Virus record (IMG/VR): IMGVR_UViG_3300049596_000421 | Span: 1 to 60,161 of that record | Source of the DNA: a virus | Taxonomy: Duplodnaviria; Caudoviricetes | Reading direction: 5' to 3' (one strand) | Length of the DNA: 60,161 nucleotides | In this document: positions 51,701 through 59,954 of the stretch, piece by piece | How positions within the stretch are numbered: position 1 is the first letter of the stretch | Layout of the letters: every line of letters starts with the position of its first letter | Notes under the pieces: model-generated | The model's input: only the letters and a program-made list of their open reading frames with translations | Databases searched by the model: none | What the model was told of the DNA's origin: nothing | Made by a program: the position numbers and the translations under genes

Positions 51701-54700
51701 AATTCGATTCAAGAGGGGGTTGAAAATTCTATAAATTCGGTAAAAAACCCTTATGTTAGTTCTGCGTATTTGTTTATTAATAGCTTACCTTTATCGACAT
51801 TAAGAGAAAAATATAAAACCTACACAGGAAACGAAACAAATTATTCTGACGAAAATTTAGATTATATTTTTGCGTCTATGAAAAAGTTTGCTGCGTTACA
51901 TAAAGTTCCATATGCTTGGGTATTAAAAATAGGTTCCATTTGGCATCGATATAAAACATATGTTAATACTAATGTTGATATTTTAAATAATTCTTGGAAA
52001 AATTTTGACGCTAAAAAGAATTATGACCCTGTTAACAATAGTGCAACAACTGTTTATAATTTTACAATTCCGGGTCAAGTGTCGGCAACGACAATGGTTT
52101 TAGAAACAACAAATGTGATACCAACATTCCCAATGGGGGCTAATAGTGTTCAAACAATAATTAATACGGGGTTTTATCCTAAATTAATTAATGATTTTAA
52201 TGTTTTTTATCAAGGATATAATGTTTATACAGGGTACACTAGTTCGGATATTCAAAATGGGTTTAATGAGGGTATAGTATTAAATTACGTACCTGAATCG
52301 GTTATAAATAATGTTACAGGTACCACAACCGGAAATAGTAGAACAATCTCGGTTATTCCTTGGTCCGTATCTATTGTTGCTGATTATGGTCAATATATTT
52401 ATGTTTTACCTTCTCACGGGGCATTAATTAATCAAACAAAAGATGAATGTTTTGATAAGACGGATAATTTAGTTTATCCGGTTACTGGCAATACGTCAAT
52501 GTATAATGGTTCTGTTAGATTATTTTGGGCGTCACCTAATTATGGGTATTTTGATAATAGTAAGGTTTCAAAACCTGAACCAATTCATTATTTAAAACAA
52601 GTGTTTTCAGGTCAGAGTTCTCAAGAAAATTTCTCAATTAATGGTATTACAAATGATTATACAAAAATGAGTGAAATCTTTTCAGTTTTTGATAGAGATG
52701 CTTTAGATGAGTTTGAAAAAGAGTTTTTAAATTTCACAATATCTGTTTACGATTATGAAACAGATAAAAACTCAACAGATACTGACACAGAAAAATCGTT
52801 CAAAAATTTTCAATCATTAATGAGGAATATGATGAAAATCCCAAATACATCGACAAATAATTTGGAATGGGTTGAGAATGTTCAAGAGAAACAATTAACA
52901 AACATTTCTAATATAATTTCACAATTTTTAAATTATGACATTTATTTTAAATTAGGTAATCCATCATCATTTAATAAACAATTGTTCTACACATTTTCAA
53001 ATAATCATAGAATAGAGACACCAATTACGTGGGATTACTATAATTATACAACACCAAATTGGTTACCAACGGGAACTACATTAAATAATTCAATTATCTC
53101 ACACCCATTAGAGTGGGCGGCTTTAGAGACATATGTTGGTTTTTCTGAGATACCTAAATTAACGTATAAAGATGGTGGGTCATACATTACAGATTTTTTT
53201 ATTGATTGTAATGTTGCTTTTGATGTGTATAACATTGAAAAATTAGCACCAATTATTAAAATATATGCAACTCAAAAATTAAAAGATAATACATTAAATT
53301 ACGAAAAGTTTGTTAAATTAATGAATGGGTATTTAGATAATTTAGATTCATTCACTGATAGGGTTATAAATAGCACTATGATTAAATTACAAAAAACGTT
53401 ACCTAACGTTAACTTTACACCACAAACTAAACCCGAAACAGTATTAGATAGTAAACAAACTAAATTAGAATTGTGGGAATCATTTAAAGCAACAAACGAT
53501 AAGTGGATTTCGGGTATAGATTTTAAAGAAAAAACATTATTTGAAGATGTTTTATTATTAGATAGGGCGAGTAGAGATGTTGGTAATTTAATTCTTGTGG
53601 ATATTGAAAAATTAAAAGATGATTTAAACGGTATTAATGTGACATCAACAATGTTAAATTATATTCAAACTATATTAGTTAGAAATAACTTTGTTGTTAT
53701 GAACATACCTTCATATGTTAATTTTTATAACGTTCAAGATGCGGTTAAAAACCCAAAACCTAAGGCTGAGGGAACGTTAGAATTTGCTAACACCTTATTT
53801 GGTACATTTATGAATGTTGACTATAGAAATTCTTCCGCAAAAATGGTTTGTTTTTACGCAGGAAAACCAAGTGAACAATTGGACTTAAAAGAAAATGTTG
53901 ATTACCGTTATAGAAACGATGCGTTTGATTTAAGACGTGAGGATAATCCATTAGTTGAAAATCAAATAGGGAAAAACGATTGGGATAAATCAAATAAAGT
54001 TGTCGGGTTTAATGTTGATTTTGGACCACAAAATCAATCAATATTTCAAGGATTTAATATTAGTCAAAATCCGGGATTAGCAACAGCTGAATCATTAGAG
54101 GTTTTAAATCAAATGGCGAACCAATCAAATAATAGAGGTGGAGCAACTCAAAATACGTCATTATATAATTTGTATAAAAATAGAAGTTATTCTTGTCAAG
54201 TGACTATGATGGGTAATGCTATGATACAACCAACAATGTATTTTAATTTAAGATATGTTCCGATGTTCAGTGGTCCTTATATGATACAAAAAGTTAATCA
54301 TTCAATTACTCCAGGACATTTTGAAACAACGTTTGAGGGTATAAGACAACCAACGGCATCTTTACCTAAGATTGACAATTATATTCAATCTTTAAAAACA
54401 ACATTATTACAATCAATTATTGAGAAAAATAAAAAAGATAAACAAGAAAAAGAAAAGGCAGCAATCTCCGCAACAACTTCTAATATTATTAATCAAAAAG
54501 ATGCTAAAGTTAGTGATAGTATTGACCAAGATGGGACAACTCAAAGTAATAGTCAAAAATGTCCACCAACTAAGGTTAAAAACGACAAATATGGTAACTT
54601 TACCGTTACTGATGATAAATTAGCAACTAGTTCAACATATAAAGAAGTTGTAGATTTAATATCTTCAAAAACAACCGACCAAAAACTTCGTTATGCAGTT

Positions 54701-55459
54701 TTTGCTAAAATGTATTTGAGTTCATCTCAAGGTGGTATGTTACAGTCAAATTCATTTAATTATAGTAATACTGATTTATTACAAGATTGGGGTCCATCAG
54801 TTGAAAGTTTCTTTAAAACAAAAAAATACTATTGTAGTAATTCAAATATTCCATATGTAACTTTTAGTAGTTTAAATCAAAATGTGGATTTCTTAATTTC
54901 TAGATATGAAAAAAGAGTTGATAACGTTAAAACTATAACCGCAAAAGATATTACAAAATTCTTAATATTATACGGAGAAAGTGGTATTGAACCGGACTCG
55001 GTTTATACGTCTGTAAGTTCAACAGATATTACAACAATTGAAAGTAATGTTCAAAACGCTATTAATATTTATAACCCAACAAGTGGAAATGTTACAGGGG
55101 TGGTACCACCAGCGAATGTTCCGGCACCACCGTCATACCTTAAAATAGTTAATTTAGGTGTGTTTACTAGTTTACAAGGGAATGATTATAGTTATCGTAA
55201 TATTCTACAATCTAACGGAAAATACATTGTGTTAAAAATTGAAGACCCTAATTTCACCTTTGATAAGTTAGGTTCAACAACATTTGTTGATGCTAATAAT
55301 CAATCGGTTGGGTATAGTTGTTCAGGTGGTTCAGGAGCATTAACTTGTACAGTTAATGGTAAATCTCCCGGTTTATATACTATGGTTCAGGAGTATTATC
55401 CGTATAAACCACAAAATTGGGATAAGTTTGAAATACGTAGTTCTCAATTTACTCAGTAA
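48773..55459 (+). CDS. Very large baseplate hub-like protein (gp27/gpD-like elements)
   Basis: LGITSINI...PTFDIRLIDVKG near the N-terminus; YSCQVTMMGNAMIQPTMYF...FSGPYMIQKVNHSITPGHFETTFEG hub-like motif. Confidence 0.65.
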   Translation: MVGKPENILVEFDYNNITIIDPNKVVDSDNKVMDRFVKQEDLVMYANLECSVLPRTKLALGTANNDSIRTVSIAKINFLKPGDKAYLDNSYTDELTGKGAIKGEGVNQPTFNGVVNPNNSDDFYIKQTISSNGKPGATDNGLLGITSINIRQGLDFLPTFDIRLIDVKGRALFEAGDNSPYAAFFNLPYPLFHLTIKGFFGKAVRLGLMLQNFTTTYDANTSNFTIDLKFYTYKYTVLSDVTMGALLATPHMYQSRFNISKTSGGPSTTTKTENVVVERGYQKIREMYSEYKSKGLIPNDFPEITLMQMKDRIENFIKNILDSFTKQNLDPLTNLDTYGIHLTDYQKEVFYNVKTSWLNEFMDTENYYILKKTGTKVYTFKKNLDGQKKIDAVSKLKGLIEKYNKLLNENVTCGSKGSYTINGKKTQCVIPNNIEYKIFPKNFNANDINLEETYKLQRKNSQPTPQDLTNFQADLVNSNTFNNVEITLKNGSKEVVSQYFVFEGVNSFIDFTDKMGKDLKTKRGLIEDELTKALSELLENKDNGIGFVPTIRNVLAVVFANGEAFLRLLDDVHTKAWEQRDSKIRKGVIFDKQIANASADNKSSGDDKNQPVYPWPQVIKETTGEKGQEKYELRYPGDSDIIGETKGYLYDVWPEIEFVEEFISGLTQKTPPPPPPTKTSNSTKEPNRVSLGAIEFPISNEVYENKVVSKYLYEIYERTLLTSHYSKLDRTNNLTSEADKVSNVVSEGEKINITQSLSDNSDVELIKNLKEYNLNSSNFESVLKHISNEGVALSWQNYIRGIFNTGYIKNTVENASFEFITNDVINDSKAQPLVSLTNEKDISDYISTSTTSNKYDFADTYPFTDKDWVKGNLADGVSTDEKLAFNTTKTLIYNPNKKVVSNFSDTQSEDVKKPITNFVYKNIVMPTIFDNDLRNFYSDRTYTNQLPTEGDVKYLNYSGLVSSYQTTSIFNTPYFINSIQEGVENSINSVKNPYVSSAYLFINSLPLSTLREKYKTYTGNETNYSDENLDYIFASMKKFAALHKVPYAWVLKIGSIWHRYKTYVNTNVDILNNSWKNFDAKKNYDPVNNSATTVYNFTIPGQVSATTMVLETTNVIPTFPMGANSVQTIINTGFYPKLINDFNVFYQGYNVYTGYTSSDIQNGFNEGIVLNYVPESVINNVTGTTTGNSRTISVIPWSVSIVADYGQYIYVLPSHGALINQTKDECFDKTDNLVYPVTGNTSMYNGSVRLFWASPNYGYFDNSKVSKPEPIHYLKQVFSGQSSQENFSINGITNDYTKMSEIFSVFDRDALDEFEKEFLNFTISVYDYETDKNSTDTDTEKSFKNFQSLMRNMMKIPNTSTNNLEWVENVQEKQLTNISNIISQFLNYDIYFKLGNPSSFNKQLFYTFSNNHRIETPITWDYYNYTTPNWLPTGTTLNNSIISHPLEWAALETYVGFSEIPKLTYKDGGSYITDFFIDCNVAFDVYNIEKLAPIIKIYATQKLKDNTLNYEKFVKLMNGYLDNLDSFTDRVINSTMIKLQKTLPNVNFTPQTKPETVLDSKQTKLELWESFKATNDKWISGIDFKEKTLFEDVLLLDRASRDVGNLILVDIEKLKDDLNGINVTSTMLNYIQTILVRNNFVVMNIPSYVNFYNVQDAVKNPKPKAEGTLEFANTLFGTFMNVDYRNSSAKMVCFYAGKPSEQLDLKENVDYRYRNDAFDLRREDNPLVENQIGKNDWDKSNKVVGFNVDFGPQNQSIFQGFNISQNPGLATAESLEVLNQMANQSNNRGGATQNTSLYNLYKNRSYSCQVTMMGNAMIQPTMYFNLRYVPMFSGPYMIQKVNHSITPGHFETTFEGIRQPTASLPKIDNYIQSLKTTLLQSIIEKNKKDKQEKEKAAISATTSNIINQKDAKVSDSIDQDGTTQSNSQKCPPTKVKNDKYGNFTVTDDKLATSSTYKEVVDLISSKTTDQKLRYAVFAKMYLSSSQGGMLQSNSFNYSNTDLLQDWGPSVESFFKTKKYYCSNSNIPYVTFSSLNQNVDFLISRYEKRVDNVKTITAKDITKFLILYGESGIEPDSVYTSVSSTDITTIESNVQNAINIYNPTSGNVTGVVPPANVPAPPSYLKIVNLGVFTSLQGNDYSYRNILQSNGKYIVLKIEDPNFTFDKLGSTTFVDANNQSVGYSCSGGSGALTCTVNGKSPGLYTMVQEYYPYKPQNWDKFEIRSSQFTQ

Positions 55460-55477
55460 CATTTACAAATAAACAGA

Positions 55478-55485
55478 TATTTATA
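55478..55485 (+). promoter_or_regulatory. TATTTATA motif
   Basis: 13 nt before the ATG at 55499. Confidence 0.55.
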
Positions 55486-55498
55486 TATAAAAAAGATT

Positions 55499-55723
55499 AT
55501 GGATACAAAATCATTATTAGAAAATTACTTAGGTAAAAAAACCCGTACAACTGAAAAAGATATGGGTAACGGTTCAAAACAAGTATGTGATTTAGATTCA
55601 GGAGATTGTTACACAATTAGAATGAAAGACGGTCTAATCGAAAGAGTTGACAATACAATGAGTCAAAATAGAAAAATACAAGTTGAAACAACAACTGGTG
55701 TAAAACAATTATTAAACGGATAA
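55499..55723 (+). CDS. Hypothetical protein
   Basis: 74-aa ORF with the upstream TATTTATA motif. Confidence 0.7.
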   Translation: MDTKSLLENYLGKKTRTTEKDMGNGSKQVCDLDSGDCYTIRMKDGLIERVDNTMSQNRKIQVETTTGVKQLLNG

Positions 55724-55724
55724 A

Positions 55725-56387
55725 ATGAAAAAAATAGACAATAGAATTTTAGAAGAAATTGCTAGATATAATTCAATTAATAGTTATATTGTAGAACAAG
55801 ACGCTACATTACCTCCACCTCCGGGTGAAGACCCAAATGCTTTACCACCTGCTGGTGGAGCTCCGGCACCTATTGACCCAAATGTGGCACCATCATCACC
55901 TGCGGCTCCGGAAGGACCTCAACCTATTGATGTTGCGACAGACCCTGATGTGGAAAAAGTTGGTGATGAGGCGAAAAGTGGTAACACGGAAGAAATGGAT
56001 ATTACTGATTTAGTAAAATCTCAAAAAAACGTTGAACAAAAACAAGAAGAATATTTTGACAATCTATTTCAACATTTGGATAACTTAGAATCTAAGTTAG
56101 GTGAGATGGATGGTATTATGACTAAATTAAACGATTTAGAAATGAAGATTGAAAAATATAGAGAAAAAACACCTCAAGAAAAATTAGAACTTAGAACATT
56201 AGATTCGGGTCCGTTCAATCAAAAATTAAGTCAATTTTTTGACGATAAAGAAGAGGATATGGAAAAATCAGGAAAAAATGAGTATATTTTAACTCAAGAT
56301 GAGGTGGAAGATTATTCACCAAACGAAATTAAAAAAACATTTAGAAATTTTGATGATTCAACATCAGGGTTCCAACAAGTAAGATAA
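55725..56387 (+). CDS. Hypothetical acidic protein with a Pro-rich region and coiled coil
   Basis: 220 aa; PPPPGEDP...PAAP tract followed by a heptad-like segment. Confidence 0.75.
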   Translation: MKKIDNRILEEIARYNSINSYIVEQDATLPPPPGEDPNALPPAGGAPAPIDPNVAPSSPAAPEGPQPIDVATDPDVEKVGDEAKSGNTEEMDITDLVKSQKNVEQKQEEYFDNLFQHLDNLESKLGEMDGIMTKLNDLEMKIEKYREKTPQEKLELRTLDSGPFNQKLSQFFDDKEEDMEKSGKNEYILTQDEVEDYSPNEIKKTFRNFDDSTSGFQQVR

Positions 56388-56393
56388 TTAAAT

Positions 56394-56416
56394 GGGTCTT
56401 CGGACCCTTTTTTTTT
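56394..56416 (+). terminator. Rho-independent terminator with a cUUCGg tetraloop
   Basis: gggtc-ttcg-gaccc followed by T9. Confidence 0.9.
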
Positions 56417-56426
56417 ACAAAACAAT

Positions 56427-56455
56427 TTGACAAACACACGGCTGACACTTATACT
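56427..56455 (+). promoter_or_regulatory. Near-consensus sigma70-like promoter (TTGACA-N17-TATACT) for the replication operon
   Basis: TTGACA 56427-56432 and TATACT 56450-56455, directly after the terminator. Confidence 0.75.
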
Positions 56456-56484
56456 TTTATAAACCTTTAAATATTTTAAACACT

Positions 56485-57339
56485 ATGGCGACAAATTCAT
56501 TAGACGCAGTTTTGGCTCAATACGAGAAAGCAAAACAAGGTAGTACTTCTTCTACCTCAAAATTTACACAAGAAGAAAGAATGAAAAAATACTTCGCGGC
56601 AATCCTTTCAGATAAGGAAACTCAAGGCCAAAGAAGATTAAGAATCTTACCAACAACAGATGGTTCTTCACCATTTAAGGAAGTTTGGTACCACGAGATT
56701 CAAGTTGATGGAAAATTCCAAAAATTTTATGACCCGGGAAAAAATGACAGTGAACGTTCACCTTTAACTGAGGTTTACGAAGAACTTCGTTCGACAGGAA
56801 ATGAAAATGACAAAAAATTGGCGTCAAATTACTTGGCACGTAAATTTTACATCGTTAAAGTTATTGATAGAGATAACGAAGAAGATGGTGTTAAATTTTG
56901 GAGATTCAAATCTAACTACAAAAATGAAGGTATCTATGATAAAATCATACCTATCTACAGAAACAAAGGTGATATTGCTGACCCTGAAAAAGGAAGAGAC
57001 CTTATCCTTGAATTAACTAAAGCTAAAACTCCAAAAGGAGCGGTTTACACGGTAATTCAAACAGTTATGTATGATGATGCAGCTCCAATTCACGAAGACA
57101 CAAAACTTGCTGAAAGTTGGGTTAACGATGAATTAACTTGGGAAGATGTTTACTCTAAAAAACCGGTTGAATACTTAGAAGCTATTGCAAGAGGTGAATC
57201 TCCAAAATGGAATTCTGACAAAGGTGGTTATGATTATGGTAACTCTGATGAAAGTGAAACTTCATTTGGTGGTTCTAAACCATCGGCTCCGATTGACCCA
57301 CAAGCGGGTGCTGAAGAGGATTCAGATATGCCGTTCTAA
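56485..57339 (+). CDS. Single-stranded DNA-binding protein (T4 gp32-like)
   Basis: RLRILP...PF..VWYH, GVKFWRF, DIADPEKGRDLIL; acidic tail ending EEDSDMPF. Confidence 0.8.
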   Translation: MATNSLDAVLAQYEKAKQGSTSSTSKFTQEERMKKYFAAILSDKETQGQRRLRILPTTDGSSPFKEVWYHEIQVDGKFQKFYDPGKNDSERSPLTEVYEELRSTGNENDKKLASNYLARKFYIVKVIDRDNEEDGVKFWRFKSNYKNEGIYDKIIPIYRNKGDIADPEKGRDLILELTKAKTPKGAVYTVIQTVMYDDAAPIHEDTKLAESWVNDELTWEDVYSKKPVEYLEAIARGESPKWNSDKGGYDYGNSDESETSFGGSKPSAPIDPQAGAEEDSDMPF

Positions 57340-57350
57340 TCAAACAAAAC

Positions 57351-57400
57351 TTAGACACATAATTTGGACACTAAGATTACTTGGTGTCCAACTTGTCTAA
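57351..57400. other. Extended intergenic hairpin upstream of the recombinase gene
   Basis: Outer stem ttagaca/tgtctaa plus inner stem ttggacactaag-atta-cttggtgtccaa (one G.U pair). Confidence 0.75.
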
Positions 57401-57431
57401 ACAAATTAAAAAATTAAATTAACATATACAT

Positions 57432-58436
57432 ATGGCGATTAAAAAACACGATTTTAAGTCCATTAAGGACAAATTCTCGACATCTGCAAAATACAAACCA
57501 CAAAGGTTTTTCGACTTAGGTCCTGACTTTTTGGACGCTGTTGGTATTCCGGGACCGGCTATAGGACACTTAAATATGTTCTTGGGTCACTCAGATACAG
57601 GTAAAACAACTGCGTTGGTGAAATGTGCTGTTGATGCTCAGAAAAAACAAATATTACCGGTATTCATTATTACCGAACAAAAGTGGTCATTTGAACACGC
57701 AAAACTTATGGGTTTTGATTGTGAAGAAATGGTTGATGAAGAAACGGGAGAATTAGAATGGGACGGGTTTTACATCTTCAATAATAACTTTAGTTATATT
57801 GAACAAATTACTGACTATATTAATAGTTTACTTGATGCTCAAGAAAAAGGTGAGTTAGATTATAGTTTGTTATTCTTATGGGATTCTGTAGGTTCAGTTC
57901 CTTGTAAAATGACTTTTGAAGGCAAGGGCGGCAAGCAACATAATGCGGCTGCGTTGGCCGATAAAATTGGTATGGGTATCAATCAAAGAATTTCAGGAAG
58001 TCGTAAAGCGGATTCTAAATATGAGAATACTTTGGTTATTGTTAACCAACCTTGGGTTGAACTTCCGGATAATCCATTTGGACAACCTAAAATCAAAGCT
58101 AAAGGTGGTGAGGCGATTTGGTTGAACTCTTCTTTAGTTTTTCGTTTTGGAAATGAGAAAGGTGCGGGAACAACAAAAATTACTGCGACTAAAGATAAAA
58201 GAACTATCAAATTTGCAGTGAGAACTAAAATCTCAGTAATGAAGAACCACATCAACGGATTGGGTTATGAAGATGGTAAGATTATTGTAACACCTCACGG
58301 ATTCTTGGCAGGTAAAGAAACTACCGAAGAAAAAGCGTCTATTGAGAAGTACAAAAAAGAATACTCTGAATATTGGAAGAATATCATCGGAACAGATGGT
58401 GATTTTGATTTGAAAGAGGTAGAAGAAAAAGACTAG
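57432..58436 (+). CDS. uvsX: RecA/UvsX-like recombinase
   Basis: Walker A GHSDTGKTT; Walker B FLWDSVGS; IVNQ; KGGEAI; KNHING. Confidence 0.85.
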   Translation: MAIKKHDFKSIKDKFSTSAKYKPQRFFDLGPDFLDAVGIPGPAIGHLNMFLGHSDTGKTTALVKCAVDAQKKQILPVFIITEQKWSFEHAKLMGFDCEEMVDEETGELEWDGFYIFNNNFSYIEQITDYINSLLDAQEKGELDYSLLFLWDSVGSVPCKMTFEGKGGKQHNAAALADKIGMGINQRISGSRKADSKYENTLVIVNQPWVELPDNPFGQPKIKAKGGEAIWLNSSLVFRFGNEKGAGTTKITATKDKRTIKFAVRTKISVMKNHINGLGYEDGKIIVTPHGFLAGKETTEEKASIEKYKKEYSEYWKNIIGTDGDFDLKEVEEKD

Positions 58437-58458
58437 TAACGAATACAAACAAAAACAA

Positions 58459-59463
58459 GTGACTAAAACACTTTTGGTTGACGGAAACAATTTAGTAAAA
58501 ATTGGTTTCCACGGGGTTAAAGATTATTATCACAATGGAAAACACATAGGTGCCATCTGGCACTTTGTGAATACCATTAGACGTTTCATAGATGAACAAA
58601 ACTTTGATAAGGTTGTTGTTATGTGGGACGGTGATGATAACTCTTCTGCCCGAAAACTTATTTACCCCCAATATAAAGAACAACGTAGAGACAGAGACAA
58701 CGAGTATAAGTTAGATTCTTTCACTGAGCAGAAAGAAAGAATCAAACAATACTTGGAGGACTGTTATATAAGACAAATCAACATCGATAATAACGAGGCG
58801 GATGATTTGATTGCTTACTATTGTCAAATCTCTGAGAACGAACAAAAGACTATCTATTCGGGGGATAAAGACCTTACACAACTTATTTCAGATAAGGTAT
58901 CTGTATATTATCCGAGAACTAAAGAAACTTATCATATAGGGAGTAAAATCAAATGTGATTTTTACGAATTTCCACACGAAAACATTAGAACTTATAAGAT
59001 ATTATCTGGTGATAAATCAGATAATATTGATGGGATATATGGGTTGGGTGAGAAAACTCTTATTAAGTTTTTTCCTGAGCTACTTGAGAAACCGGTTTCA
59101 ATTACCGATATTTTAGAAAAGGCGGAAATCCTTCTGAAGGAGAATAAGGATAACAAGACGTTACAAAATTTGTTATCAGGTAAAACTAAAAGTGGTGTTT
59201 ATGGGGATGAGTATTTTGTAATTAACGAAAAAATCATAAATTTGTCCTCACCTCTAATTAGTGAGGATGCTAAGGAACTTGTTGAATTATATTATAAGGA
59301 AAGTTTAGACCCTGATGGTAGGGGACATCGAGGACTTATTAAGATGATGATGGAAGATGGGTTTTTTAAGTATCTACCGAAGGGGGATGATGCGTGGGTA
59401 AATTTTGTTAGACCTTTTATGAAATTAACAAGAAAAGAAAAAAGAAATTATAACAACAATTAA
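58459..59463 (+). CDS. 5'-3' exonuclease / flap endonuclease (T4 RNase H / PolI N-terminal-like)
   Basis: LLVDGNNL, WDG, YKEQR, EADDLIA, SGDKDLTQL, GDKSDNIDGIYGLGEKT; GTG start. Confidence 0.92.
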   Translation: MTKTLLVDGNNLVKIGFHGVKDYYHNGKHIGAIWHFVNTIRRFIDEQNFDKVVVMWDGDDNSSARKLIYPQYKEQRRDRDNEYKLDSFTEQKERIKQYLEDCYIRQINIDNNEADDLIAYYCQISENEQKTIYSGDKDLTQLISDKVSVYYPRTKETYHIGSKIKCDFYEFPHENIRTYKILSGDKSDNIDGIYGLGEKTLIKFFPELLEKPVSITDILEKAEILLKENKDNKTLQNLLSGKTKSGVYGDEYFVINEKIINLSSPLISEDAKELVELYYKESLDPDGRGHRGLIKMMMEDGFFKYLPKGDDAWVNFVRPFMKLTRKEKRNYNNN

Positions 59464-59471
59464 TTAAAACT

Positions 59472-59924
59472 ATGAAAGACCAAGAATCGGTAAAATTAGA
59501 ATTCTTAATGATGGTAAACGATAACATCATTGTACAGAGATTTTTTAACGTGAGAGAGTTCAACAATGAGGGGAAAAACTCATTAGAACTTTATGAATTA
59601 CTTCGTGAATTTAAAGACGATATTCAAACACAATTATCATTAAAAACCGTAACGTATATGACGGATAATATGTACGAAATTATTAACAATCCTGCTATTT
59701 TGGAAACGTCTTATACAGATGGTCCGGAGTACTTTAACATCTTCATCAAACAAAATGATGTGACAATTTGTCATAGACAGGTGGACGCTAAAGTGTACCC
59801 TCCAAAGATAAGATATACTGTAGATGTACGCCCACACCTAAAAAACCTATTGATGAACTTAACTGACATCTTTTCATCTAAAAATTTAACAAAAAAATAT
59901 ATAGATGTTACCCTAAGTGTGTAG
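59472..59924 (+). CDS. Hypothetical protein in the replication operon
   Basis: 150-aa ATG-start ORF packed between the exonuclease and helicase genes. Confidence 0.75.
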   Translation: MKDQESVKLEFLMMVNDNIIVQRFFNVREFNNEGKNSLELYELLREFKDDIQTQLSLKTVTYMTDNMYEIINNPAILETSYTDGPEYFNIFIKQNDVTICHRQVDAKVYPPKIRYTVDVRPHLKNLLMNLTDIFSSKNLTKKYIDVTLSV

Positions 59925-59954
59925 TATTTATTATTACACTAAAAGAAAAAATAT

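Noticed and set aside
522-59837. Short overlapping or antisense ORFs in the track (e.g. 16347-16736, 25945-26376, 39917-40318, 20656-20850, 45424-45780)
   Set aside because: They are shadows of longer, well-supported genes and show no recognisable motifs.
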